From Tubulanus polymorphus (Eukaryota > Animalia > Nemertea): a stretch of 64,000 nt of DNA. This document shows positions 1 to 14,851 of the stretch, piece by piece (the first letter of the stretch is position 1; each line of letters begins with the position of its first letter). The DNA lies in NCBI RefSeq assembly GCF_964204645.1, contig NC_134029.1, positions 24,644,534-24,708,533 of the forward strand, written 5' to 3'. Under the pieces are notes generated by a model, which was not told the origin of the DNA, ran no database searches, and saw only the letters and a list, made by a program, of their open reading frames with translations. The position numbers and the translations under genes were made by a program.

Positions 1-348
1 GTCGCTGTATATACTCGACACTGCGACAGGGTTTTCATCGCTCAATGAACCCTGAATAATAAATAACTCTTAACCCGCTATACTATCATCATCTTCATCA
101 TCATCTTCCATCTTATAGCTTCGAATATTCTGTTCTATCCTTATTGGAACTTCTCCGTTAATCATGTAGTAATTCGCAACGGCCTGGTCGGACATTTTTG
201 GTCGGCTAGATTTAGCCCGGGCCAAAACAGACATGGGCCCATTTGACACCAGTGTGAGGTTCAGGCCAAATTTGGCTATAATGCCATCAATGAATCACGT
301 GTTGGTACTCTGTATCTGTTCAGCAGTTTGGCTATGACTCCAAGTCAG

Positions 349-459
349 TCTCCTCTCTCCTCTCTCCTCTCTCCTCTCTCCTCTCTCCTCCTCTCCTCCT
401 CTCTCCTCTCCTCTCTCCTCTCTCCTCTCTCCTCTCTCCTCTCTCCTCTCTCCTCTCTC

Positions 460-493
<34 letters not shown>

Positions 494-660
494 CTCTCTC
501 TCTCCTCTCTCCTCTCTCCTCTCCTCTCTACTCTCTCCTCTCTCCTCTCTCCTCTCCTCCTCTCTCCTCTCTCCTCTCTCCTCTCTCCTCTCCTCTCTTC
601 TCCTCTCCTCCTCTCTCCTCCTCTCTACTCTCTTCTCCTCTCCTCTCCTCTTCTCTGCTC
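349..660. repeat. Polypyrimidine (CTCTCCT-type) compound microsatellite
   Basis: About 310 bp almost exclusively C/T on +; source of the spurious LSPLSS/ERGE ORFs. Confidence 0.95.
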
Positions 661-1645
661 GGTCCATGCGTTTATATTGCACAAATCGTTCATAATGATT
701 AGAAACGACGCGACAAGCGAGACACAAAATATAACATTGAACAGGTTTAAATTGATTGATAACCTTTAAACTAATAAACACTAATCATTTCTGACAGATA
801 TTACAAACTATAGCTTTCATAATGGAAGTCATTGCCAGTCATCGGGCGTTTTCTTATTCTTAATTCCTATTCATCATCAACCCCTGAAATCATGGCGGCG
901 GCCGCGGCCAGATTGATGAGTTTTCATCACAGTTTTCCGATGTAAAAGGTTCAAGGATTTCGTGGAGCTTTTGTTTTTTAAACATATCGTGACAACTCTA
1001 ATTGAATGATTTGTGCGATTGATCGCATGTTCACTAGAAATCTATTTCATTTCTCGTTTCAGACGCCGTGTCGTTAGTTTTAGATATTTTAATGGTTTTT
1101 TAAACTCATGAATATTTCGCGTTTATTCTTATTGAGGTTCTTGACTTAATAAACAATTAGTGAACTGAATGAATTGGCGAGTTCACTTTTAGTTTTTTGT
1201 CGTATGAAGCGAGATGTCACTGGCTGCAAGATGACGCCATGCATTTGCAATTCAGATGCTCTTTCTCAAGTTCCCGAGAAAGCATCAAGGGCTAATTTCA
1301 GCCTGCTGCACAGTAAATAGAATTCTTGCCCAACATTTTGTCATTTGAATTAATTTTTAAACTAATGGTGGCTGATTCCAGGGTATCTCTGTATAAGTGT
1401 CAGTCTACGCTTTGTCGGTTCTACACAGAATATTCTATTTAAAATCTGTCTGTACCGAGTTTCAGAAAAATAGTCTCGAGAAATCAACGTTAACTGAGGG
1501 AGTGAGATGGGGGGGGGTCTCAGGAGGGGGGGGGGTTTGTTGAGATGGAGGAGTCTTCGATAGTTTTATGCATGAGATGAAGTGTGATGCTATATTTGAT
1601 AACAAAATTTGATGTTAGTTGCAAGTGTAGTGTTTTAGTCGTGTA

Positions 1646-2080
1646 TAGCAGTAGTAGTAGTAGCTAGTAGTAGCGAGTAGTGGCTAGTTGTAGCGGATAG
1701 TAGTATATAGTAGTAGCAGGTAGTATATAGTAGTAGCGAGTAGTATTAGCTAGTAGTATATAGTAGTAGCTAGTAGTAGCGGGTAGTGGCTAGTTGTAGT
1801 ATATAGTAGTAGCGAGTAGTATTAGCTAGTAGTATATAGTAGTAGCTAGTAGTAGCGAGTAGTGGCTAGTTGTAGCGGATAGTAGTATGTAGTAGTAGCG
1901 GGTAGTATATAGTAGTAGCGGGTAGTATTAGCTAGTAGTATATAGTAGTAGCGGGTAGTAGTATATAGTAGTAGCGAGTAGTATTAGCTAGTAGTATATA
2001 GTAGTAGCGGGTAGTAGTATATAGTAGTAGCGAGTAGTATTAGCTAGTAGTATATAGTAGTAGTAGTATAGTAGTGTAGT
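1646..2080. repeat. (TAG)n-derived compound minisatellite
   Basis: Repeated agtagtagcg(a/g)gtagtattagctagtagtatat units. Confidence 0.9.
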
Positions 2081-5000
2081 AAACCACAGCGGCGTGTAAA
2101 GGTTAATATGTATTTAGACTGACTGGTAACCCCACCACCCCCTGCCTGCTGCGGCTGCTGCTGCTGCTGGATGGATGGCCGCTGGATGTTTTTTTTTCGA
2201 TACATTCGCAACTATCAATTACAGGTTGAGAATCAGTATTAACTGGAGTTGCTCTCCGCATTCCCGGCCGCACGACGTGTTATCATTGCGCACTATACAG
2301 TCTGAAGCGAGGGTTTCATAGGGATTTGTTTTGGTTTTGTTTGTAGCTGTTCTCCGCGTCCGATAACTAGTGCACTTAATGCGTCATGAAAATCAGTAAA
2401 TCCAATTCTTTTTTTAAAAATTATCGTCGCTTGGTTATAATCATCGGAGTCCCAGTTGTGAGTCACAGTTGTGGAGTCCCAGTAATGAGTCACAGTTGTG
2501 GAGTCTCAGTTGTGGAGTCTTTACTGAAGTCCAAAAGTGGTGTCTTAAATCCTAAGTCTTTAGTAAGTTGTTAGATTGGCTTTAGAACAAACGCGTGGTT
2601 GGTGAGATATGATAGAAAAACTGCAAATTTAATAGGTTGAAAAATTTGAATAAATTTTAAAAAAATTCGTGTAAAAAAAGTCGTGTTGATGAATAGAATC
2701 GAATTGATCTGTACCCAGTTACGCAGTTCAAGGTTAAATTTGACTTCAATTCGAGTTGGAATCTATGGAGTCACTGTGTGAGGAACCGGGTCTAGGATGT
2801 ACTCACGATGCATCGCCTCCGGCTCACTGAGATATCAGAATCTAGCCCTTTATTAACCTCCCCTCCCCGCAGTCTACGAGTAAAACATGAAGTCTATACG
2901 ATCTGTGACCTTTACATATTAAAAACAAGACCTATTCCATAATCCATTATACCTCCTACCGCGGAGGTAACACCTCTTTCACCTCTCTCTCTCTCTCCTG
3001 CTATCGCGGGTAGAGAGCTTTTACTGTTGTTTGAAGTTGTTTAATCAGTTGTATTAATTCGGTGCACAGTTTAAACTCATTGACCCATAGTTGATATCGT
3101 ACTATTTGACCATGGATTGAATCCCTCGCTTGCCAGTGAGTAAACAAGCACTGAACGTGTACGCAGTATAGTTTCAGGTATAGTGTTTGGTTTACTATTT
3201 ATTCTCTTTTAGACGTGATTCTGATCGTTAAAATCATTCATCATCGATAAAACACAACATACTTTATAGTTTTTTCTATTGCATGAGAATAAATGACCAA
3301 GATTCAGCGATAAAGGAGCGAGGGGAGAGGGGGAGAGGACGAGAGGGGAGAGGGGGAGGGAGGGAATGAGAATGAGAGGTAGTAAGGGAGGTAGGAAGAG
3401 AAGGCTTTAGGGAGGCAGGGACTGTGAACTCTGTGTTGTAACCAGGCTGAAATGATTCAGCTCGATCTATACTCTGATAAGATACCGGACTGTTTTCTGC
3501 GACAGGAGAGTCGTCGGGGTTAACATTGATTCATTCTTAAGAAGCTTCAATTATTTTCCTAAGCCCCGTTGTGTGTTGGGGGAACTCCGCTGAGTCTAGA
3601 AGTGCATCTCTCCTAACTTCAGCTTTTAGATATTGGTCAGTTAAGAATCGAGCGGGAAGGTTTAGACAGCAGCTGAGGGGGTTTAATATCTCCACCCCAA
3701 ATCGCTCAGTTTGACCATCGTGAAAAGAGTTCAGTCTAAAACGACTCCTCTGATTATTGTCTACTGACACTGATAAAAGCAGTAGTCACGGTTTTGACGC
3801 ATCTTTGACATTTATGAAGACTTTCTCTAGTGTTGCATTGATTATTAGTTTGAGTGTGAGAGACTTGATTTCCTGGTCTAATGAGTTTTGTATTATGATA
3901 AGGATTTGCGCAGGATGCTCAGTGGCGTTCTGTCACCTTCACTAACTCGGCGAAAACAATCTTACAGCATGAAACCAAACACAAACTCGTGAAGATTATA
4001 ATCTGAGAAATAAATTAGAAAATTCCGAACAAAAGGCTTTATTTCAAATGCGCGCATTCAATGTATTTGTATTTTGGAGGATGAGAAGGCGTTCTTCAAT
4101 TTGAATCGATGATCCCCGAACAGTTCATTCATCTATTGTCGATCTTTCATTCAAATTTTTGACCAAACCGTCTCTTAAACCACATATTTTCTGAGTCCTT
4201 TCAAACACCAGTCAGTCAGTCAGTCAGCCCGTCAGTCAGCCAGCCAGTCCTTGGAGTAATCAGCCAGTTAGTTGAGTTAATTGCTGGTAGGTTACACGAC
4301 TTCCGCTGAAACGAAATGACCGTCTTTTTATCTGCATCGCTGGAACAAAGAGATGAACAGATTATACGCAATTTTATAACTTATTTCTGATGAGAAAGTG
4401 TTGAGTTGGCTGAGTTCCCGATTGTGGTCAGTAGTTAAATTGGTATAAATCGTTTACTGTTAGTTTAGTAGGTTTTAATTACGTTGATTGCTACTACTGC
4501 TGCTGCTGCTGCTGTATGTTAACTACTGCACGGCTCTGATCTTAACGATAAATGCTATTGCAAACATCGATTGTTTGCCCCGATGTCATAACCCGATCGA
4601 ACCCCGCCACCGCCCCCTCCCCTCCCTCCCTCCCTCCCCTCTCCCCCTCTCTCCCTCTCCCGGTTGATGAACACTGATGATGTGAGTTCTTTCAGGCAGA
4701 AAATATCAAAACCTCGTCATATTTACAAATGATGTTAACAAACAAATTAATCACATTTTACTCTCAATTCACTGAATTCATCGTCGGAGGTAGATCAGAT
4801 ACCTACACTCAATATCAACCGTCCTGGTGCACTGACTCAATGGGACCAGTGAACCTGACCTTAGATATTCAATGCCTCGAAACAAACCATGGGCCTTGAA
4901 CAGATGGCTTAGAACCAAGGACCTAGAACAGACGGATTAGAACCCAGGGCCTACTACTGAGGGCTTTGAACCCAGGTCCTCGGAACACACGGCTTTGAAC

Positions 5001-5830
5001 GCACATGATATTTTGTCATTTTTAAAGTAAGAATCACAATGCGGTTATTTCAATGATATCCTATTGTTGGTATTGTCAGTGATATATAGAATAGTGTCGG
5101 TTATACAGTTTCGAACGGGTCGACTTAACGTTAATGACCTGCGCGCGTTCGTCGTAAGATCCCGTCAAAAAACACTGATTTTACTCTCTACACATCTGAG
5201 CTACGAATAAAACCAACCAGTTTTATTGTCCTTTCACAATATCAGATACACTGTCGGTGCAAGAACGAGCATTAATATTCCCTTTATAATGTTAGACAAG
5301 ATGAAATATTTCATGTACTGGGACTCGCTTAATAGCGTATCGCGATAGTCGTATGCATGGCCCCCTGATTCGTGGTTTATCAGAGGGGTTATATATCTCT
5401 ACCACCAGCCGAGTTTATATCCTGACACAAGGGCCATGCCATTAATAAAACTGATATTACCTTTATGGCCTCGCTAAGAGAAAAACTGTAACCAGATTAC
5501 TGGTGTTATACCTAACACACAGCAGCACAGATTCAAACTCTCTCTCTCTCTCTCTGAATACTACAGCAGTTTGATTTTGGGATCCGTTCGCTCTCAGTAA
5601 CTGTGGGTTCAACATTTGAAAACTAATTTCATTTAACAGAACCCATATTGTCTTCCCAAAGGAATTTAGAACAAAAAACTACATGATGTTTCAACTCAAT
5701 ACTATTTCAGTCATAGAAAAATGGCTCATTATAGAATTGAGTCAAATACTATTCTGTATATTATTCTTTTTATTGCGGATTTAAATGAATTATGTTTTTC
5801 CTTTGTTAAGAATATGTAATGATATTTCAG

Positions 5831-5986
5831 ATGATGGTAGTGTCTATAGCTGGGGTGCTGGTGTTGATGGTCAGATGGGTCACGGGCAGAAAGTACGATT
5901 TTTAAAGTATCCCAGGAAGATATCGTCGATTGTGGGACCGGTTGTGTCAGTAGATTGCGGTGACTATTACTCCGCTGTTCTTACAG
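5831..5986 (+). CDS. RCC1-repeat protein, internal exon A (one RCC1 repeat; upstream exons not found)
   Basis: tttcag| acceptor and |gtac donor; 156 bp, phase 1-1. Encodes DGSVYSWGAGVDGQMGHGQKVRFLKYPRKISSIVGPVVSVDCGDYYSAVLT, matching the RCC1 repeat pattern G-x-V-Y-x-W-G...G-Q-x-G...V-x-C-G-x-x-(H/Y)-S. Confidence 0.9.
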
Positions 5987-8900
5987 GTACGTTTATTCCA
6001 TTTATTAGGTCAGCAGTAGAATTTAGAGTGACAAAAATGAATTTCCGTCTGTCCCAGTTCTAGTGAGACAATGGAGTCAGACTATCGATGATGACCTGTC
6101 GGTAAATATGTCCCGAAGCTGGAAGTGCGGTCCGCAATTCAAACACAAATCATCACATTTTATGGAAAAAGTGTTTATTGTAAAACTAACAAATTGTCGG
6201 CGTGATGTTGAAACGGTTGAACACTTAACACGGCTACCATTAAGGGTGACTCCTATCTAACCGCACTTTGCTCCGGACATTCACTAAATTGCTCTTTTCC
6301 TGCCCGCTTTTGTGTTGACTCGAAACTATTTTTTACGCGCCCTCGACTAATATCAATTGACTGATTATTTTCAGTGTTCGAGATGTAATAATTCACACGC
6401 TCTCGAAATTAGACAAAAACCTTTAAGCCTCGTATCGCGGCCGGTTTAGAATTTATATTTTGCTAAATGGATTTCACCAGAATTTCAAGTGTTCTTTGTT
6501 TTTGGGTTTGAATAAATTATATTCATTAGTATTCAGAGTGTTGCTGAATATCGCGCGGTTTTTTTTACTGAATAAACAAAGCACCTGAAACTTTTTACTG
6601 TTAAACGCATTAATTTACGTTTTACATACATCAGAAATAAATATTTGATGGAAACAGGGAAAACGACACCGAATCGAAAATGCTTTTTCATTCATTAAAT
6701 ATGGCTGTTTTTTGTTGATGATATTCACCAGGACGGTTCGTCGTCGATAACGATAGTAAATTTAAAAGTTGTTGTTGTTCATTCTAGTGTTGATATAAAG
6801 TGACAAATTACTGGATGAAGTAGATCTCTTGATTGCTATATTCACCAGCACCTCTTCAACACCGCGTACAGTCATCCACCGTTTAGATGACTTCACTGTA
6901 ACTCGCATACAGTATAAACTATTAAACACCTTTCGCGTTGTGGCTTTTGTCGCGACATTTTGACAATCATAAGTGTTTTTAGCGTCGTTCGGGGTTTTTT
7001 TTCAAAATCATTTTTGTCCTCAGTCTCGCGGTTAAAGCGGTGTAAACGATACACACGTAAACGTGCCGAGCCATCTGCTCACCCGTGATGCCGCCGCCAC
7101 CGCCGCACGAGGTGACGTCATCTGAAAATATGCTCTACAATGAAGTTAGTCATAGTTTTTCGGTCCGGCGAAAAATTGAATCATGAAAGAAAAACTGAAT
7201 TAGACGGGAATAGGAAGGGATTCCTTTCAACACGTCTCAGGCCTTACTTGAAATTGATTCAAGCCATGTTCGCGGAATTGGAAATCCATAAATGTTTCAA
7301 AATCCAGAACGAAATATAAAGATACCAAATACCAAATATCTTTGACACAAAACCTTCTTTGAAACTTAATCCCAACCCCCAAAAATAACGATTCTGGGTT
7401 AAGTTTGAATTGTTGTCCTCATTGGGAATATAAGAAGTAACCACTAACAATAAAAACAAAAATTTGAGTTTTCCTTTTTCCTGCAATTGGACCCAGACCC
7501 AAATAGCCAGATCATAAACAGATATATTTTTGCTGTACGAGTCTCAAGTAAAGCTGCGTCGAGTGAGGACGGAATGTCGCTGATACTGTCTGTACCTGTC
7601 GTGTAGTGCCGCGTGTAAACAGATGTCTAACAACCTCAATAGTGATATTAACACAGGTAAAATTGAATCAGTCAAAACCATCACATACTGGTCAGTGGCA
7701 GTGACCACTGTCCGGAGAGCACTGACCACTGTCCCGAGAGTAATTATTCTATTGACTGCAGTGATTAAGCGCTGACCGAGGTCCATTCGCTTTATTTACG
7801 CTCTTGGTAAATTACATTTTATCGAGGCTAGTGCGTGTGATTTATGGTTCAGTAACCAGCAATGCGTGATAGACCCCCTCCCCTACACTGACCGGCCGCT
7901 CCAGCCTCAGGACAGTACAAACATCCTATTGCTCGCTATTCAAGCTGAAAATTGTGAAGATCACGTTGATTTCTGGTTTGTGCTCGAACACAATCGGATA
8001 TTTTCTACTTGACTGTTGACTTCCCACCCCATCTCTTTGTGCGCTGGCCCTTTACACCGAGCAGGCTCGGTCGTGTCTTAGACAGATATACGACTATATT
8101 TGAAAAGATCTCGTGAGGATGGACCTCATGAGTAACAAACAATGACTAACGTGAGAAGTTTGAGGAGACCAGTGACATTAAAACCAAATGATTAAATGCA
8201 GTTCAACTCAAAATGGGATAGAAATTCAAGTAATGATATTAATAGTTAGATATTCCCGATTAAGAGAGGGTCCACCCGGGGTCGGGTCTGTTAACACTTA
8301 GACGAGAAATTCGAACTGCGTCCGAGTAAAGAGTTTCATTACTAAATAATTAATTTGAATATACGACGAATCCCAGACGCGTAGTAAAGTAGTGAACTAT
8401 GATAAACTAATGAGGCACTTGACAGCGGCGTTAATCAATGACCAGTTCGCTGTTAATTGATAAAGTGACATATGTGGTTAATTGCGAGTGTACGGTTACG
8501 ATTGAAGGTATTCAAGTTCTCCGTTCCCGCCATTAATGTTCAATTCACTTAGAAATCGACCTTTTACCAACATACTATATTCGTGTAATCCGAATATCTT
8601 CCAATTTGTAGAGCTTCTGCGCTCTCAGTCCATCTTAAGGTGGACAACTATTGAAAACGCTGTATTCATAATTGTGATCTGAATATGATACAGTGACCGA
8701 TACTATATTCTATCTCTCATCACCGAGCCAAATACCGAAAACGTATCTCTGAACCCCTCACAGAGATAGATATCTTTCTAAAGTTTGATTAATCCCACAA
8801 CTTCTCAAGTTCAAGTGCGAGTAAATTTATTCCATAGAAATAAAAACCAAAGATTTTACACTAAGTGTAGTGAACGAAGTTCAAATAGACGGGAAAACAT

Positions 8901-9139
8901 AAATGTGAGGGACGTCGATTAGCAGACGCCAGTATCCAGAAAACAAACTAATCGCTCTCGATTCCAAAACAATCTTTCTGATGGAAATATAGAATACTCT
9001 TCACTCGTGTATGACATGATCGGGTACTATATGTGTTATTGGTGTAGGACTTCCTTCGCGGTTTGAGGGTCCCATCCTCTCCCTCCCTTAAAATGTTCCT
9101 AAAACTTTTAATATCTGTTTTGATTCTGTGTATTTGCAG

Positions 9140-9307
9140 TGAGTGGTGACCTTTACCTGTGGGGTAAAAACAGTCACGTGATATCGCCGGTGATGACGTC
9201 ATCGGATCGTATATATCAGCCTCATCGAGTCGACCTTGCGGGGGGTCTTCCGGTCAAATCGATATCGTGTGGATCCTGGCACGTGGCGGCCATTACTGGA
9301 AAACCGT
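9140..9307 (+). CDS. RCC1-repeat protein, exon B (second RCC1 repeat)
   Basis: tatttgcag| and |gtaagt; 168 bp, phase 1-1, in frame with exon A. Encodes (V)SGDLYLWGKNSHVISPVMTSSDRIYQPHRVDLAGGLPVKSISCGSWHVAAITGKP. Not present in the ORF track. Confidence 0.9.
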
Positions 9308-9336
9308 GTAAGTAATGAACGTAAGACTAGGTCCGG

Positions 9337-9471
9337 GGCCCAGTTGCGCAGTCGTGACCTAAGTCGGGATGTGGTCTTAAATCGTAAGACTGGTTTAAGT
9401 TGATATATTGACTATTGCAATGGTGGACATAGACTGACCTTATATCTAAGCCATCACCGTGCAACTGGCCC
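9337..9471. mobile_element. Small MITE (GGCCCAGTTGC termini)
   Basis: ggcccagttgcgc ... gtgcaactggccc termini. The internal aagactggt(c/t)ttaagt motif recurs at ~17756-17772 and partly at ~19147. Confidence 0.6.
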
Positions 9472-12272
9472 TGAGTCCGATCTTTGTCTAGCTTGTGGTC
9501 GATTGTGTTATTGTGCCCTGGTCTTAGTCCTGGTCTGGTCCTGGTTCCTGGCTGCAGACCATTATATATTTCATGTACTGCAGATTGAATTACGCCAAGC
9601 CCCAATAAGGGCTACAGGATACGAATCAATATCGACTAAAAACTAAGGTCAAATTCTTTGTTTCTCTATGAGACTGAAATGATATGAGTAAGTCTGAAGC
9701 CGGCTGTCGCTGTTTGTGCGGATTAACCGGTTTAGCGCTATCGGGGCATAAGATGGATAATTGTGTCGCGCCATGCGGCATAAACCCGCGATCAAAAAGT
9801 CTTAAGTTGAAGTTAGGTTGATAATTGAATCGCCCGGTTTAGATTGGTTTAGATTGTTTAATCAGCATCCTGACAATCTGATTTGTATCGCTCACGAAAA
9901 GAAAAGTTGAATATTTGCACTTGGTCTTCAGAAATCCTAATGCGGTTGACATTTGTAAATTGTGTTTGTCTACTATAGATGAAAGTTCGCTGGCAGCGTA
10001 ATGTCGACGAGTCTTATCGTAATCAACTTAATTGTCTCGACATTTGATGAACTATCAGACCCCGATACAATCCACAGCTAGAAATTATATAATATCTAAA
10101 AAGGCCAAGTCTGAATTAACCGAAGCGACATTAACCCTAACATTGACATTCAGAGATCAAAGATATTCGATCAATTATTCTTGTTGTTTAAAAAGTGGAA
10201 TAAATCAGAATCAATCGGACCAAAGCTGCTTCATTCATGGCCCTAGCCTAGCTCTTTCACTCTCTCTAGCTTCGTTTGTGGTCCAGGGCTACCTTCACTT
10301 ATGGCCCTGGTCTAACCTCCTTCATGGCCCTGGTCTAGCTCCCCCTTTGACCAGTTTTAGCTCCCCCCGATGGACGAGAATAAAGTGACATCGAGTCATT
10401 GACAAAAGTGCTGCAGCAAAACAGTTCGATCTGAAAGAGCGAAAGACACGCAGAGAAACTGCTGAGAAATTTCAACTTCGAAAACAAAAATAGAAAAAGT
10501 GATGTATTTTTAGGTTGGAAAACAATATTTTTCTTTAGATTATCTGTAAGCCAGTAAACGCTACCTCCCTCTCTCCACTCACACTCCTCAGGTTTACGAT
10601 ATTTACGCTGTTACGATGTACTTTTCTCCACAGTTTAAGTATCAATGAATCAATGAAATTCTCAGCGGTTGAAAACAAGCAAAAACTGATCGTCAATTTT
10701 TTCTGAATGTTTACCATCAGGTAAAGGGTGAAGCGCTCGTACTGTGCGAATACTCCGCGTGTATCTTACTGCGCAGCGCAGATTCCAAGAAAAATATTAT
10801 TTTACGAGATATATTTATATCTGAGGTGTTAAAGAGAGATTTACCGCAGAAACTTAAAAAAAAACTCTATATTTCATATATACGTTTATTATACGGTTAT
10901 TATAGAACTTGTGACGCTGTGTTTGGGTATTTGAAACTGAGTCGCTTGCCGGTTCAGGCTGGTCGGAAGATTGTTCGAACCGCAACTAAGTCTGTACTTC
11001 GATTCCCGATTTCAATATCAAACTCTCAGTTTCGCTCCCGGCAGGTGTGGTGGGTTTGTAATTGGGACATCGATTTTGAAACTGTGGGTCCATCTTTGGC
11101 GCATTAAGGCCGATCTCATCACTAAGGTTTATCTGCCATGTTTGTTTGCATCGGGCGACCAGCTTAAGACCAATGACAAGCTATAGGGTTTACCGAGCCA
11201 TGTTAACCCTACAACAACATACAATGTCAAATAAAAGTGCCCCCTGTAAAATCTCGTACGTTTTTTTGAACCGTGCTGAAGTTCTGCTGTTGTTTATGTT
11301 GATCACAAATAATTATTTATGAGCCCGATTTGATACGTAATATTTTTCATCGTGTTGATTCTTTCTGCTTCGTTGAACAAATTGAATTATCATCAGTTGA
11401 CATAAATTGCAATTTGCGGTTTAATTGTTGAGATGAGAGCACTGGGCTACGCACCCAACCAACCAACCGCGCTTTCACAATCATTTATTCAATTGAATTA
11501 AAACCGTTTTATAATTCATTAAAAAATGTCGCTTCAAAAAGTAGGTCAGAGGGTCACGTGTATCAAGGACAAACGAATTCATTAAAGATTCAGATCGAGG
11601 CTGTGGCTGGATTTAGAATTTCAGGAATATAATTTTGACGAATTAAGATGATATAACAAGTTTCAATTCCGACAAAGCTGCAATAATCGATGTCAAATCA
11701 CTTCTAAGTTGAGCCGTATTCTGATAAATAAATCTGATTGACATTTTGAACCGTGCTTGCCTCCTGATCATGGAATAGTGACCATTGATAAGACTGAATC
11801 CATGTTCGGGCAGCAGCGATGACCTTTCTGAACGAAGAGTTAATCATACATTCACTATGCGTATACTATCACCTCTGCGTGTCGTTCTGTGTCACGTGTT
11901 AATGACCAGCACAAAATTGACAATTTTTTTCAATTCAGTAATATGTCACCCGTGTGATATTTGTCATCACATTTTCTACGCTATGAACCTCTGGTTATAG
12001 CACGTATTTTATAGTCCCTCAGTTGACTTTACGATGTAATCACGTTATTCGAATATCTCATTTCTCTTATTAAATTAGCATCATATTCATCTTTGCTCCC
12101 AAACAAATAATGACAATTTATGTAGTATGCAGGTCATCCGATCTCTTTGTTATAGGTCCCGTAGGTCCCAGTCGCCGTTTGCTTCTAACTTCATTGTTTA
12201 GCGCGTGTATCCTCGCTACAACATGATCAATCTCTTAGTACTGAACTAGTCACACCGGGGATACTACAACCA

Positions 12273-12484
<212 letters not shown>

Positions 12485-12533
12485 ATCTCGGGCTCTTTTG
12501 TGTCTGATTGGGCTTAGTTAAAATACTCTTGAC

Positions 12534-12630
12534 CCAGTTCCACGTTGTGAGTTGGAGTTATCTCTGAATAAAAGTTCATTTTCAATGAGTTAACTCTGAG
12601 TCAAATGTTAACTCGGAACTGTGGAACTGG
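12534..12630. mobile_element. Small MITE (CCAGTTCCAC termini)
   Basis: Perfect 10-bp TIR ccagttccac/gtggaactgg. The internal gagtcaaatgttaactc recurs inverted near 58398. Confidence 0.6.
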
Positions 12631-13018
12631 TAGTCGCTGGTTTTTGTGATCCTGTTTCACGAGACAACGTTCAATTTGCGATGAAGCCAATAACAGGTGA
12701 AACTCGTGAGATATTGATATCATTGTAAGGAGTTGTGACTCTTCCATTATCGGCGTGGGAAATAGTGCAGTTATTGTTTCTACAAATCAATTCATTGATG
12801 AAGATCGCAGAAAATGAGCAAATCTTTTCAGAAAGTCACCTCTTCCCATATTGAAGGGTCTTGGCTTGATAGATATATCTCCATTCGATTCGGGGGCCAT
12901 TTCACAGACAGATTTAACATTTCATTAAAGCTTCCATTATCAATGATACTATGAAACGGACCCCACGATTTCTTGAACCTCAAGTAAACAGATACAGATA
13001 TCATACAAACTATACGGG

Positions 13019-13279
13019 CAGCCGCGATCACACGAGCATTTTTGACCCGACCAAAGACGTATGACCAGGCCCGAGCTAAATCTTAGCATGGGCAAAATCA
13101 TCGCGTTTGAATTGCAACTGGTTCCAGAAGTGACTTTGCTTTGTTTCAGAATTGGTTAGTATCGAGTGAGTGGTTTGCCTCTGAACGCGCTCTCTAATTA
13201 GGCACGGGCCAAAATTTGGCTGGGGCCTGATTCGTGCTAATTTGGCTCGGGTCAAATCGTGTCCGTGTGATCGCGACTG
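13019..13279. mobile_element. MITE with long imperfect TIRs
   Basis: cagccgcgatcacacg...tttgacccgaccaaa versus tttggctcgggtcaaa...cgtgtgatcgcgactg, about 70 bp of imperfect inverted homology. A related remnant lies near 180-280. Confidence 0.7.
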
Positions 13280-14789
13280 TTAAAACAGTTTCAAATTTTT
13301 TACACATTTAAAGAAGAGCTAAATAGAAAGTAAGGTTGTTCAAGGTTGTTCAAGGTTGTTCGGGGCTTATTACTTGTATTCGGTTCCAGACACCTCGCAA
13401 TTAAAGCTGTTACCTATAGTTATATTATGAAGAAAAAAAGATATAATTTTACATATGGAACTAAATTGAGAGAAGTGCTGTGTGTTATGACTTTGGATAC
13501 TTGAAGCCTAATTTGCAATTTAAAGGTTGACGTCAATGCCATAAATGTGTTATTGGGGAACTGAAGAGACAGTGACAGGTGCTAAAACAGAAATCTAAAA
13601 CTGAATCGACCATAGACGACATTGTTATTCCAAAAATTACCGCTACTATAAACTGTATGAATAAAATATATATCATAATTGAATAATGGTACAAAAATGT
13701 CATAAACGGATAACAAAGCGCAGGGGGGTGAGTGATAGGGACTTAACACTGGTGTTATAGGATAACCAGGGAATGTGATAAAGGCAACAGAAATGCTTAA
13801 TAAACGACAGCGGGGCCAGCAACGACAATGAGAGTGACAAGATCTGAGAGATCTGGAGGAGGGGGGAGAGAGGAGGGAGAGATGAGAGAGGGGGAGATGA
13901 GAGAGGAGAAAGAGGGGGTCTGGTGTTTCCTCAATCTCTCATATCTGAAAATCCTTATTGTAAAAGTCTTAGACGAGTTTCTTGCACCTGTCATATTGAA
14001 TCAATCATTTAAATGACATTCTCCCATCTCCCTCCCTCTCCCCCTCTCCCCTTCCCTCTATCTCTCTCTCTCTCTATCACTCGTCATCGTCTATAGATAT
14101 ATTCATAACTCAATACAATTGACTAGTTTTTTCATTGTTCTTTATAGGCGCAATAAAGCGTACAGCATCAGGTGACTAGAGAATAAAAAACCTGAATATA
14201 CGTCACATCAACCTGTTATTGTCATCCCATACTGAACCTTTTAATGTGTACAGGTACAATAGAGGGATAGAACCAGATACCCTAAAGGGCCCCACAGATT
14301 ATTACTCGATATCAATAGAAAACTAGACTCGATTAAGATACTAATTGATCTATATGTATTGTTAGTACAAGTTCACCGGGGTATTCTAATTGTCATTTCG
14401 TCTTAAATCAAGCTACACTTGAAAACACGTTTTTTAAAGATTTTTTTGCCGGGTCAGGAATTTTAATGATTGTATCTCTGCCAGCAGCTGCCGGAAACCG
14501 TTAAATCAACCCAGTTTAATACGGGATGTTTCATTTGAATTCTTACTCAGAATCCGCCAATTTTTACGAAAAAAAAACTAGAAACTAGTTAACGAATTGA
14601 TTACAAGACTAGAAACTAGTTAATCCGGTTGAGGAATGACTTTGAACCGAAATAAACTAAAAAGTTTCGTCAAGAATTTTGGTCATTCTTGATAAACCTC
14701 ACCTACGACTCCTGTGATGGTTCAGTCATAGATGTCAGAGTCTCCGCTATTTGATGCTGTAATTGATGAATATATTTCTAATATTCCAG

Positions 14790-14851
14790 GCTGGCTGTCT
14801 TCAGTAAGAGACAGTGGAGAGACAACAGTTAATGACGAATTGATCGATGAG
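14790..14851 (+). CDS. RCC1-repeat protein, short exon C
   Basis: atattccag| and |gtaggt; 62 bp, phase 1-0. It is exactly what is needed to join exon B (ends phase 1) to exon D (starts phase 0). Encodes (C)WLSSVRDSGETTVNDELIDE. Confidence 0.7.

Noticed and set aside
328-781. Leu/Ser/Pro- and Glu/Arg-rich ORFs (also 24154-24573)
   Set aside because: They are translations of CT microsatellite. They resemble RPGR ORF15-like E/G repeats only superficially, and the E/R frame is antisense to the RCC1 gene.
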